64,000 nt of DNA, taken from positions 4,480,408 through 4,544,407 of the forward strand of contig CAJFCJ010000006.1 of the NCBI GenBank assembly GCA_904063045.1, written 5' to 3'. This document shows positions 10,624 to 25,995 of the stretch, one piece after another. The position numbers and the translations under genes are program-made. The stretch's first letter is position 1. Each line of letters begins with the position of its first letter. A model generated the notes under the pieces. That model was not told the origin of the DNA. It searched no databases and saw nothing but the letters and a program-made list of their open reading frames with translations. The stretch is from Dimorphilus gyrociliatus (lineage: Eukaryota > Animalia > Annelida).

Positions 10624-13600
10624 ATGGCGTCAGGACTGAATGGACCGCTCGACGACGATGCTCAGAAGAAGCAGGGAACTAGGTGAGTTTCCAAGAATGC
10701 TGTTCCAAAGCGCATCGTTTATAAAAATCCTTATCTTATCCGCTGATCAATTATGTAGTAGAAAATGAAATCGATAAATCGTTCTATCCGTATTACATTA
10801 GGCGTGTATTTTCATGGATGCAAACGGGATTAAAAATTTGATAATCAGTTGGCTTTGATCAGTCAAACGATGCAGAGAGCGGCAATTCGTAGAGCTTGCT
10901 GTGGAGACAAAGATCTTTATATATCGAAGATATGTAATCAGAGGTAAAAAAACTAGTATAAAACAAGTGAAAGGGGCTTAAACTTTTCCCTTTCAAACGA
11001 CTAAATAGTAGTGAATTTAAATTAAAAGAGGAAAGTGAAAGTTTAAAGCTTGTAACTACGATATACCGCAATGGGCGTGGTCATTTAAGAACTAAATCCG
11101 ATTTAGTCCAGCCCGGCTTATATATACCAATGGTACATGTATATTTGTCAATTGCCTTTAAAAAGCAGAATGAAAGAGGCTGAAAGGTATTCCTTTTCGA
11201 ATAAGTGAGTACGACAGATGGCGTGGAAAGAGAAATTTTACGGGCCGTAATAATTCGGCCTGTACTGTATATATAAATAAATAAATACTCTTTTAAAAGT
11301 GTTAATTGTATATTCTTTTATACGAAGAAGATATTGTTACTCTACTTAATGTATACATTTTAGAGTAACAGTACTCTAGACGGTTTTATTTTCAAGTCAA
11401 TATAATACGGCCAGTTAAAAAAAAAAAGCAACATCAATAATTACGAAATGTTGCCATGACAAAATGTTGGAATACCTGAATATGTTTATGTATCGATAGT
11501 AACAGTTGTTATACATAATAAATAATAGTATGAGTAGAAAAAAGTTGCCGTTCTTGCATCGGTTTTAATGGGAAGAAGAATTCTACTTTTTTAGTATTTT
11601 TTTTCCCTATCATCATTATTTATGTGGGCTGTCGGTAGAGTGCGCCTATTTTCCTGAATTGCAGTAGAGACGCTGTCGTCCGCGTCTTTGTCGGTTGTTC
11701 GCTCTCCTGTCATTTTTCCTAACCGATTTGCTCTCTCTCTCTCCCTTCACTTTCTCTCGTAATTCTCTATCATCTAAGTTACGTCTATTTCTATTCGTCA
11801 TCATCAATTTTTTACTTAAGTGCTGTAAACGAAAAGTAATGGAATAAATGAAAGGGTCTTTAGACGAGGAGGAGGAGGAGGACTCGAGACTGAAGGAAAC
11901 TTGCAAATTTCTGTAATAACATATATGCTATCATTTCTTATTTTATCTTCAATGTGTAACATGATGGTGAAATTAATAAGGAATCTCTTTTGAAAAGAAT
12001 TTTTCGTATTTACTTATAAATGTATATATAAACTATATAAAATATGTATAAACGTAAAGAATGCATTTATCTTACTATAAAATAATCATTGAGTATGAAA
12101 AATTTCGACTGTTTCTTTCATGTTTTCTATCTGCGGTATACCTTATATATAACTTGTTTAATTTTTACATATTCTTCTACTTTCTTTAATGCTCCTTTCC
12201 TTCTAACAGAGTTTTCAAGAAAAGCAGTCCAAATGCAAAGGTTAGTTGTTTTTTTTTCTCCTCCTGCTCAAGGCCAACTTCATCAAATAAATGACGCGGT
12301 TGCTTTTGTATTACTTTTTTCGTCCTTAGGGCTTTATTCGTTATTTTTTTATTGCATTTCTCCCTCAACAGATTACCGTCTATCTGGGAAAGCGGGATTT
12401 CATCGACTACCTTGATCATATCGATCCTATAGGTAAGTTAAATCGTCTCTCTTTTTCAATTATCCTAACGTTTTTATGATATGATTTTTCCTTCTCTTCT
12501 TCTATTTGCATTCGAAACATTTCCGTTTTTACTTATCCCAGATTCTGGCTCCCCTGTAAGATTTTTTCAATATCTCTTATTTAATTGTTTGCTTTAAACA
12601 CATATAGATGGCGTCGTTTTGGTTGATCCGGATTATTTGAAGGAAAGAAAAGTTTTCGCCCATGTTCTTGCAGCTTTTCGATACGGACGTGAAGATCTCG
12701 ACGTACTGGGTCTGACATTCCGTAAAGATTTATTCCTCGCCTCGACTCAAGTTTATCCGCCTTTGAAGGAGAATGAAAAGCCCCTTACGCGACTCCAAGA
12801 AAGGCTTATTAAGAAATTGGGCACGAACGCTTACCCCTTCTACTTTGAATTACCGAAGGTGTGCCCGGCAAGCGTTACTCTTCAGCCAGCACCTGGCGAC
12901 ACTGGTAAACCCTGCGGCGTTGACTACGAATTGAAGACGTATGTCGCCGATAGTATTGACGAGAAGCCCCATAAGCGAAACTCGGTGAGGTTAGCCATCC
13001 GAAAATTGACATATGCTCCCGAGGAGCCTGCACCTCAGCCGAGTGCCGAAGCTACAAAGGATTTCATGATGAGTCCAGGACACTTAAGACTTGAAGCGTC
13101 TTTGGATAAAGAGAAATATTATCACGGTGAATCAATATCAGTGAATGTTTTGGTGGATAACAACACTAGCAAGACAGTAAAGAAGATTAAAATTTCCGGT
13201 ACGTACTTAAGTAAATGGGAAAAAAAGAAAAGAACTTATCAACTCCCTTTACTCTTTCAATTTACGAGTAAAAAATGCATAGTAAAAGAATTTTAAAACA
13301 GTCACACAAAGAGCTTTCATAATGATGTTTGCCGAAACCGTGTACAACACGGTTGTGTACGACTGTACAACCACGTAAGTGTCCTAGCTGCAGGCACAAA
13401 AGGAATATTTCTCATTGTTTTTATCACAGTAGATACATGAATGGAGAATATATATATATAGTTTGCTTTTTGTGCACCTAACTAAAATTTTCCGCCACAT
13501 TTTTTCCAGTTCGCCAGTATGCTGATATTTGCCTGTTTTCGACTGCTCAGTATAAATGCACTGTTGCCGAATTGGAGAGCGAGTAAGTACGGCCAAAAAA

Positions 13601-13682
13601 AAAAAAAACTGCTTGTGCTATAGTTTTTAACCTCTATCTATCTTTGCCCCTCCCTGCCTTCTGCCCCCCTCCCTCTCTCTCT

Positions 13683-13725
<43 letters not shown>

Positions 13726-15152
13726 ATTCCCCTCCTTTTTTATTTTATTTTACAAAAGCACTGTTTTTTTAATAATTAGTCAATTTTAAAGTTTTTTCCC
13801 ACACACCCCTTCTGGTGTTTGTTTGTATGTAAATTCTATTTTTATATTCTTTAATAATCTTTTTTCTTCTTTTTATCTTTTTTCTTCTTTTTGCTTATAT
13901 TCTTTTTATTAATATTATTTTTTTTCTTTTTTTGGGTTTAATGATCTATTACTCTATTAGTTTGATCTCAAATTACTTGTTTGTTTTGTTCTCTTTTCCT
14001 AACTTCCGATATTCTAACCGTACATTCTTAACTAAAACAGGGACGGATTTCCGATTCACCCCAGTCAGACGGGCTTCTGTAAAGTCTATTCTCTGACGCC
14101 GTTACTTAGCAACAATCGCGACAAACGAGGCTTAGCGCTCGACGGCAAACTCAAACACGAAGATACTAATTTGGCGTCTAGTACGATGTAAGTGCCTTGA
14201 TTTTATCTACTTTCTCCTTTATTCTCTCTTTCTTATTCCTTCTATCTTTCTATTTATCTTTCTATCTATCAATATTTAATGCATTTATTTATATTTTTTA
14301 AAAAGTTCTTTAATTTAATTATACTTTAAACGTTGTTTCCTTTGGACCTCCCAAAACACATAAAATATCAAAATAATTCCATAAAACGTACCAATCGTCG
14401 TAATTAGAGGGTAAGCATATTTTAGTGTTCCAACGTTTACTATTTTCGCTTTTTCCATCCTTCGCAATAAATAAACTGCAAAAACAAAAAACAAATTGAA
14501 ATACCATTAATGTTTTGTTGCATGATATACGTGTGAGAATGTTTGCGCAGGCATTTAACGCCACCGTCCTCCACCTCTTCATCATCCTCATCAACTTCAA
14601 ATCACAATCACCGGCGAAAAGGCAAGCACAAAAATCACGGCAGGTAACCCTGCCCGACGTTGCGTGCGCGTCGATTTTCTGCATTTAATGCACTCTTTAT
14701 ATTTTTTTCCCTTCAGCGTACTGGATCCAAGTTCCAAAGAGAACCTCGGTATTGTTGTGCAATATAAAGTAAAAGTTCGGCTAATACTCGGATTTGCTTC
14801 TGGTGATTTGTCGGTCGAGTTACCATTTACGCTGACACACCCGAAACCTGTTGAATCGCCTCCTCCAAGCAGGCCTGAAAGTGAAGTTCCACCAGTTCAG
14901 CAGCAACAGAATAAGCAACCAGCGGAGGCTGCAGTCGATACAAATTTGATTCAACTCGATACCAAGTATGTTTTGGTTTCTGTTTTGTCATTATTAACTC
15001 TATTTATTGATTTGTTCCTTCTCTAACTATTCTTCATTTAATTCTCTAGTGGCGGCGAAGGATACTACGCGAATCAGGATGATGATTTCATATTCGAAGA
15101 TTTCGCTAGACTTCGACTCAAAGGACACGATGGAGACGAGGCTGAAGCCTAA
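10624..15152 (+). CDS. ARRB1: Beta-arrestin (non-visual arrestin, ARRB1/2 co-orthologue, kurtz-type)
   Basis: Exons 10624-10682 (MASG..QGTR), 12210-12240 ([10 protein letters not shown]), 12372-12432 ([12 protein letters not shown]), 12608-13198, 13510-13582 ([13 protein letters not shown]), 14041-14187 ([18 protein letters not shown]), about 14717-14965 (clathrin box LIQLD), 15050-15152 (AP-2 motif [11 protein letters not shown]). Confidence 0.97.
11170..11186 (+). CDS. Candidate alternative first coding exon of beta-arrestin (MKEAER)
   Basis: ATG AAA GAG GCT GAA AG|gtattc is a phase-2 donor like exon 1a, so it would splice in frame to VFKKSSPN. Confidence 0.45.
13302..13374 (+). CDS. Beta-arrestin mutually exclusive exon A ([25 protein letters not shown])
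   Basis: acag|...|gtaagt, 73 nt, phase 1 to 2. Same length and phase as exon B, with aligned V-x-Q-x-A-x-I-x-x-F-x4-Y-x3-V pattern. Confidence 0.8.
13510..13582 (+). CDS. Beta-arrestin mutually exclusive exon B, canonical ([25 protein letters not shown])
   Basis: ttccag|...|gtaagt, 73 nt, near-identical to the vertebrate beta-arrestin 235-259 region. Confidence 0.95.
13687..13723. repeat. (CT)n microsatellite in arrestin intron
   Basis: Direct sequence inspection. Confidence 0.95.
14551..14643 (+). CDS. Candidate in-frame cassette exon of beta-arrestin (Ser-rich + basic)
   Basis: gcgcag|...cag|gtaacc, 93 nt, phase 2-2, open frame [32 protein letters not shown]-richer than the flanking intron. 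Confidence 0.55.
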
Positions 15153-16138
15153 CAGAAGATAATGGGAAAAGAAGAGATAAAAGAAAAAGACATCATATTT
15201 TTCTCGCACGTGCGTTTATTTCTCTACGCCAACGTATGATAATCGATAAAAGAAATACCAATATGATATTTATGTATATATATATATATATCTATATATA
15301 TATAATATATAGAAGTATAAATATACATAAATATATACTCATCTGATTACGTATATGTTTATACTTATTTATATGCTTTACAAATATACATATATATATG
15401 TATATATATATATATATGTATAGTCCTATATATTTATATATATGCATATCTACACACACGTTTATATGTATAAAACAGTTTACTTTATTATTATGGCTTT
15501 AAACAAAAAAAAAACTTGGCTTGTTCATGCAGTTTTTTTCTTTTAAAAAAACAAAAAAAACAAAAAAAACAAACAGCTAAAAATCTTATATATAGAGATA
15601 GGAAGCGAAAATGAAAATTGTATGTATCTAAATGTATAAGTATAAGAATATAAAAGGATGTAAAAGCGTAAGACGACTAACCTGCTAGTCATTTTTTTGT
15701 GTATTGTATTTTATTATTTTGTTTTTGTTAAAAAAAAATGAAGAAGAGAGAAATGATAAAATATTATTTTCATTTTTTTTTGTTATTATTACGATTGCTA
15801 TCATTTTTTCTCTCTTTTCTATACAATTTGCCTGTAAAACGCATATAAGTCAATATATATATATATATATATATATATTTATTTATATTTATCCTATATA
15901 TTTCTTTTTTCTTATCTCTTTTTTTCTTTTTTTTTTTCGTACTCACTTTGCATGCAGCAAAAAGAATTGAATTAGTGCAATGATTCTTTGCTTTGCGTTT
16001 GAAACATATTAAGAAATATATTTTTGCGCTGATTTGTTCTTTCAATATAATTATTTATTATAACATACTTTTTCAACCATCTTTACGATTATTTATTTAT
16101 TATTATATAGATATTATTCTTCTTCAATTGTTAATGTT

Positions 16139-17809
16139 TTAATAACCTATTTGACCTCTTTTCGGCATACTTTTAGCTATTCTGTCGCGTTGTTCTCGAA
16201 TTATATCATCTGAATCTGAAACGTGATTTACGGATAGAGCTGATAGGGTTGTCGACGGTGTAGGTGGTATACGCTCTTCTATTATGTTAAGGCGGACAAG
16301 AAGACTATTCGAATCTCCAATCAAATGAAAAGGAGCTTCTGATGTTAGCGCGAATGGAGTTTCATATTTTCGTTTAGTCTGAGAATATTCAATATTTTTT
16401 GGTTTATGGAGCACAGATTTTTCCCATTTCTTCTCCTTTTCTTCCTTCATTAGTTCGTCTTTCAACTTATCAACGTCCACACCCAATTTCTCTGCCTTCT
16501 CTCTGATCGATGCAACATAAGCAGGAGTGCGGAGAAGATCGCGCAATCTCGGTAATTTAGTATATTCATCGCGAGGATAATCGTCGGCTAAATCCGTTAA
16601 ATAATCTTTTGGTTTGATGTGCGTAGATGGATTCCACGAATTAGGATTATAGAAACCAGTTCTTCCAAGTTCACAGCCATCTTCTAAGTTTCCCTCTTCT
16701 AGGGGTTGATTTTCAACAGATGGTTGATTACGCTCGTATAAGCCCGTATCGCTACTATCTGTCACAACCGATCGACCGCTTTGTCTACTCGATAGGTTTG
16801 GACGTTTTACGGAAGGAGGCCTTTCCTTCCGTTGTTGTTTTAGAATTCTACTATTTGGCTTTGAAACTTTTCCGGTTTTTGAATTTAAACGGTCTTTATG
16901 AGCGAACGGGTCATAAGGACTTTGTTGATTCTCTGCAGCAGTTTGTTGTTTTTTTACATTTTGTTCGTCAGATTTTTTAATCTCTTTCTTTTTTAAGCCT
17001 TGGCTCTCGAAGAGTAGCTTCTCTTCAATCTCAATCTCTCTTAATACTTCAGCCATTTTTAACTTTTGTAGATATTGTAATTCCTTAGCTTGAAATTCCT
17101 TCTTTTGATGCCAAACTTCCATAGCTAGTGTTCTAGCGCACTGCCTATGCCCCCAAAGCTTTGCCAAATCCATTGGCGTGTGGCCCCTATTGTCTCGTTC
17201 ATCTACATTCGCCATACATTCTATTAACGCCTTCAGGCACTGAACATGTCCTTCACTAGCCGCCTGATGAGCCGGTGTTAATCCATCATCATTTTTCCTG
17301 TTGTTGTCAATTTATTCACAGTTTCGTGAATGGAATATATTATAAACTTAATAAGTCTTACACAGAATGATCAGCACCCTTCGTAAGCAAATAGGTCAAA
17401 CAATTGTACGCTCTCTTCCCAGTTTGATTACTGATGCATAAATGTACAGGACGCCATCCTGTTGTTGAAGGCAAATTGACATCCGTGTTTTGCTTTTCAA
17501 TCAAAAATTTAAGACATTCTAAGCGTCCGTGAATGGCAGACAAGTGAATTGGAGCGAAACCCTGTGATAATCAATTAAGAAAACAATTTTTTATAACATA
17601 TTTTTAATAAGCTAAAGTCCTTTTCGACTAACATTTTTATCGTAATTAATTTCACCACCATTCAGGCGCAGCGACTGCTTAAGCCACTCTACATCGCCGA
17701 TAGCGGCGGCCATAAACTCATCCTCGGCCCTCGATGAGTCTTTCGATCTAATTAAACGCCTTTTCTTATCTAATGATGAATTTTGTCGACTACTCTTATT
17801 TTTATCCAT
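16139..17809 (-). CDS. ANKRD53: Ankyrin repeat domain-containing protein 53-like
   Basis: Exons 17809-17633, 17561-17362 and 17297-16139. Ankyrin repeats (GFAPIHLSAIHGRLECLKFL; GLTPAHQAASEGHVQCLKAL; GHTPMDLAKLWGHRQCARTL..VW) match the ANKRD53 pattern. Confidence 0.8.
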
Positions 17810-17923
17810 AGTTCTTTACTCGTTTCCATATAAACGCGCGTAAAATTCTTTCAAATTAAAAACTGGTAGAACATTTGGCGCGAGACTGTTGTCACCATAT
17901 CAACTGCTATAAACAACTGCAAA
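17810..17923. promoter_or_regulatory. 114-bp bidirectional promoter (ANKRD53/ANKRD42) with an RFX X-box-like motif GTCACCATATCAAC
   Basis: Divergent ATGs at 17809 (-) and 17924 (+). The motif at 17891-17904 is one mismatch from GTYNCYATRGNAAC. Confidence 0.6.
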
Positions 17924-21109
<3,186 letters not shown>

Positions 21110-21900
21110 ATATTTTACATCGAAATATTTCATAATATAAAATATTATGAGATTATTATACATTTATACATATCATGCATATTAATAAGGTAATATTTCA
21201 TAAATAAAAGCTCAGTCTAGAGATTTATTACACATTGTGTAGTATAAGTACTATGAAGGGGAATCTTGATAATATTCACTACGTATTGAAAGATTTACAA
21301 ATACAATTTAGGATGTTTTGTAAACATCTATCTTTTAAATTTTCTCTATTCTCTACATCTATATTTTTAATTAATTTGATTTTAGCCTTGGTTTACTTTT
21401 CCTTTTAGATTTCATACTTCTCTTACGAATTTTTGTCTTTTTTCTTCTTTTTTTCTTATGTCAATCCTATTTTAAACGGATATTAAAAAATCTTAGTTCC
21501 TTCGTTTTTGTCTTTTCATTCATCTATAGCTTAATTTCCCCGACATCTGTCGCCGACGAAGGAAATTATAGGCCTAAGTCGTCTATATATATATATATAT
21601 ATAAAGTCGCAGAATATTAAAGCAGAAGTTAGATAAAAAAATGTCGTAAATTAATAAAGATTAAAAGCCAAGTTTCTTTTGTTTATATGCTGTTTAAACC
21701 GCAATATACTGTTCTCCACTATATATATATATACTGCAACATCTACTCTCTATTCCAGACTTCTTTTGCAAATTCAATAAATTGACATCACTTATAAGGA
21801 AATATATCATGGAGATGGGAACGTTCGATTAATAACAAACAATTTAACTAACAAATATCTATTGAGAGAAAGCAGTAAAGAGAAAGCAGGAAAGATATAT

Positions 21901-21902
<2 letters not shown>

Positions 21903-21973
<71 letters not shown>
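21903..21973. repeat. Compound (AT)n(AG)n microsatellite
   Basis: Direct inspection. Confidence 0.95.
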
Positions 21974-21977
<4 letters not shown>

Positions 21978-22211
21978 AGGAAGAATATTTTATATTTGTT
22001 AAATACAAAATTAATCATGGGGCGCGTTTTGTTTTTTCATAGGGAAACGAATATATCATTTACGTTAATTTCCTTCTATCTAACTAATATGCTATCTTTC
22101 AATTATTATTCTTTTTTTTATTTATTCTTAGGCACCCATTAAAACACTATTTTTTATAGTTTTTTTGTTGTTTGTTTATGACAAAAGACAGTAGAAAAAA
22201 ATTCTTGTGAA

Positions 22212-22225
22212 GACGCCATCTATAG
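22212..22225 (-). promoter_or_regulatory. CTCF-like motif (CTATAGATGGCGTC on minus strand)
   Basis: Matches the core AG(A/G)(G/T)GGC(A/G); lies in intergenic DNA. Confidence 0.35.
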
Positions 22226-22324
22226 TTTAACCTTTAAACTAATAATTGAGGCCAGAACTGTAATCAAGTGATATGGCCTAGAGCATTTGTCAAACATTTA
22301 ATTAATATCGGAAACATCAATATA

Positions 22325-22325
<1 letters not shown>

Positions 22326-22372
<47 letters not shown>

Positions 22373-22391
22373 AGAGAGAGAGAGAGAGAGA
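22326..22391. repeat. Compound (TA)n(AG)n microsatellite
   Basis: Direct inspection. Further (TA)n tracts near 22547-22586 and 43662-43712; (AG)n tracts near 29563-29593, 33183-33228 and 46853-46885. Confidence 0.95.
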
Positions 22392-22544
22392 TAAACATTT
22401 GAAATTATCTTTATTAAATAAACGTCCTTTTCTCTTTCCTCTCTCTCACTCACTCATTCTCTGTCTCTGTGTCCCTCTATCTATCTATCTATCTATCTCT
22501 TTCTCTTTTTCTTCCTATTCATTTATCTTACAAAATAATAACTT

Positions 22545-22590
<46 letters not shown>

Positions 22591-24110
22591 TGCTTATTAT
22601 TATTTAAATACTTCATAAAAGAAGGAAAAATAAATAATAACAACAGCAACAGCAACAAAAGTGTTTCCGAAAGAGCGGAAATACAAGATTTCCGGTATTT
22701 GGAGAAAAAAAAACTTGGCTCTATTGACAAAAATAACTGCTTAGCAAATCCTCTTGATGCTTCTCGGCACCTAAATAATTTTGTAACTGTTTGTCTAAGC
22801 TTATTTGTCTTTCAAGAGAGAAAAGGACGTGGGAGAGGAGTGAGAAGGGAGAAGAAGAAGAAGAAGAAAAGCACAAAATAACATTAAATCCTTCTATCTT
22901 TTCTTATATATACAGTATACATTGTATAATTTTGGTGTTTTCTGCTTGTATAGTCATTGTAATTTAATATGAAAAATGGTGTTATATATTGAAATTACTT
23001 CAAGAAGCTTTTGAAAGTATTTTACACACCTTTGTTAGACTGTTCTTATAATCTATCATACATACAGTATATATTTATAGATTGAGTAGAATCACCTTCT
23101 AATTTGTAGTCTAAATTTGTCATATATATAATGATTACTTGCTAAACTTATAGGTCATCAGATAATTATGAACAAATAATGTTATGTGGACGATAATATG
23201 GCCTTAGGAAAGATCATCCAGGAACTTGGTTTACATTAGTTATGTATTGTTATATAAGCAAGGTACAGCCATTGTCTATGAACAATAGATGCGTATTATA
23301 CGTATATATCTTTTTAAAAGTCACTTTTTAGTTCGTAAAGAGAGGGAGAAATAGAAAGAAAAATCTTGCGCAAGTACAAAGTTCTCTTCTTATAATATGT
23401 ATAAGAAAAAAGGTTTTATTGAAATTACGCTTCCAATACTCATTTAAGATAATAATATTAGTGAAGAGAAAAGAAAAATCGATTGTTTATGATTCGAGAT
23501 TCTTTTCTGTCTTTCTTTTTGGTTAATAAATTGAATTTACAAAGGAAGAATAAGAATGAAGTGAGATAGAATGAGATAGGTAGATAGATAATTATATTCG
23601 CTTTGGTAAGGCATTGTTTCGTACGAAATAACTGAGGGAGGTTATGAGTGCTAATAATTCGCTACACACCAGATGGAGCTATTTGAGACCCATTTCCGTT
23701 GTTAGCACGTGCTAATTAGGGTATTGTTACGCTAGACCTAAGTTGAATAACTTAACCTTACGATATGAGGTAAAGTTATTTTAGAAAGTTTAAACTAACT
23801 TGCTTTCAACTAGTTTACGCTTTAACAGTTTTTCTTATTCAAATAATTAATGTAGTCGGCAAGTGTTGCTTATTAACCCAAATTATCTATTCCACCACTC
23901 GAGCGATATTAAGTTAGACGGCTGATGAAGAAAATTTTATGAACTTCTCTCAAACAGATAATTTTGTTTCTTTTTAGCGAAATTGATATCAAGAGGAAAA
24001 TTAGAGGAAGAGGAAGAGGAAGGGGGACGTTTCTGTACAAAGACCTTGCGGCTAACCATGAAAATCGGCCGGGTGGTGCTACCAGTCACCGCGAGTGTTC
24101 GCAGCCAAAA

Positions 24111-24814
24111 ATGCAAAATGATTTTGAAGGCGTTTCTAAACGAATGAATGACTTGAAAGTGAACGAGAACAGTAATCGTTTCTATTCAGCTTTGTTTTTT
24201 CGTTTAATAAGGCTTCTTACTGACTTTCAGATAACGAATCGAAAAATGCTGAAAGACCTGGTATGAAATTCAAAGCCTTGGCTTCCTACAAAAGGAACCT
24301 GGGCTCACCCATTGGAGATGAAATTAATCTCCAAGGTAATATCTTGTACACTTTCGTGAGCAAGCATCCTAATTGTGAAGGATGGTGGAAAGTTACGAAC
24401 GAGGAGGGAGCATGTGGCTATGTGCCAGGTAATAGGCTTACTCCCTATAAAAAACCTACAACACTTCCTTGGCTTGAGAATAAACGAGAAGAGCAGGCAA
24501 ACGAAACGCCTTTCTTCGGAGCGCTACCCCCAAAAGGTTAGGCTAACTATCTTTCTTCGCTTGAGAGTTTTTTTTTTTATTTCTTTGCCGAAACTTCCTA
24601 ATGTATTTTGTGACGCTATTTCTCAACAGCCACACCTTACGTGCCTACTTACAATCATAAGGGGCTAACTGAGTTGGCCGCAAACAAGGGACCCGAGACG
24701 TACTATTGTGAAATATGTGATAAGCAATTAAACGGGCCTCGACCTTTCACTGCTCATCTAGCAAGTAGAGGTCATAAAGAAGAAGTTGAATTACGGGCAA
24801 TCTACGGAAACTAA
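24111..24814 (+). CDS. Small SH3 domain + C-terminal matrin/U1-type C2H2 zinc finger protein
   Basis: Exons 24111-24171, 24231-24536 and 24630-24814 join in frame. SH3: ALASY..DEINL..GWWKV..GYVPGNRL. Zinc finger: YCEICDKQLNGPRPFTAHLASRGH. Confidence 0.85.
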
Positions 24815-25356
24815 GAAATTTATTTTCTGCCAATAGGTTGTTAATAATTTATGGCCGCTTAATACAGCTCTAATGTTTTGGTGCATATCTATTATAACTA
24901 GTTTCTGTTTATACTATGACAAACAAGTCTATAGCGTATTGAATTGTGTTCCTCGGTTTTCCTCGCTTTAGCTTTTATCGATTTTTTCTTTCTTACTCAT
25001 GCAGTCTACCACTTATTTCAGATTTTCTTGTTTGCCATGATTCTTTAAATAAGGCATATTACCTCCGCCTTGACAAATACTTCCTTTATTACAATTTAAT
25101 GGTAGGAACATTGTGCATACGAAGTCCTTGTAATTTCTTTTTGAGAGAGCATGACAAAACCACAAATATCTATTATTAAGAGTGTAAAACGACCTAGTAA
25201 CGTCGCAACTGACAAGTGCGAATATATAATAAAAAGCAAAAATTAAAGCTAAAAATATCTCTTTTAATTGGATTTACCGCCTAATACGTTCTGTTATCGA
25301 TGACTCGAAGTCCGTTCCAATTATAAGGACACTGCTTTAAGACTTTGGAGTTCAAC

Positions 25357-25995
25357 ATGGCAAGAAATTTCGAAAATTATTACCGATTCCCTAGTATCTT
25401 TAGTGCCATTTTGGTACCTATTGGTATGGCACTTACGACGGTTAGTCAACTGTTAAGATGGGTAGCTTGATTACATTATGTCTTTTCAATAGGTGGTTGC
25501 CTTTGCTCCAGAACTACTAAGAGTTGAAATACTAGGACCACTGGGTATCTTTCTTAGTAATTTGGAAAAAAGCAACTCTACACTGATGACAATAACGTAA
25601 GTTTTTGGATAAGGGATAAATTTGATTTTCATGTATTGTCATTAATAAAATATAAGCTATAATGACAATGCATATTTATATTAAATTTCTATATGTATAC
25701 ATAAAATGTGTAATTATTTGTATACTGATTATTGAACAGAGCTGTTAGTGCATGGTCTATGCATGTTTTCGAAGCTATATACGCTTATCATCTATGCAAG
25801 TAAGTGTTAAAAAAAAACACCAAGAAAAGCAAAGATAACGATATTTTTAATTTGGATTTTATTTTCTTTTTAAACAGATCGTTGAAAATAAAGAAAAATT
25901 TAAGAATAATTTGGTCTTTTCAAACGTTTATCTACGGTATTTTCTCCCTAATCTATCTCCTAAAGAAGACAAAGGAGAATAAAAAATCAAATTAA
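25357..25995 (+). CDS. TMEM254: Transmembrane protein 254 (DUF4499)
   Basis: Four short exons give MARNFENYYRFP..VVAFAPELLRVEILGPLG..AWSMHVFEAIYAYHLCK..WSFQTFIYGIFSL, matching TMEM254 motifs (LGPLG, HxxEA, WFLQTFFFG). Confidence 0.85.

Noticed and set aside
14319-14684. 121-aa minus-strand ORF inside the arrestin intron
   Set aside because: No motif or signal peptide; its GC-rich part is better explained by the plus-strand cassette exon.
15704-16045. Overlapping ORFs of 88 and 91 aa on both strands
   Set aside because: Low-complexity A/T and (TA)n sequence in the convergent 3' UTRs of arrestin and ANKRD53.
21900-22881. ORFs with YIYIYI/RERERE/LSLS runs (80, 160 and 71 aa)
   Set aside because: Translations of microsatellites; no splice or domain support.
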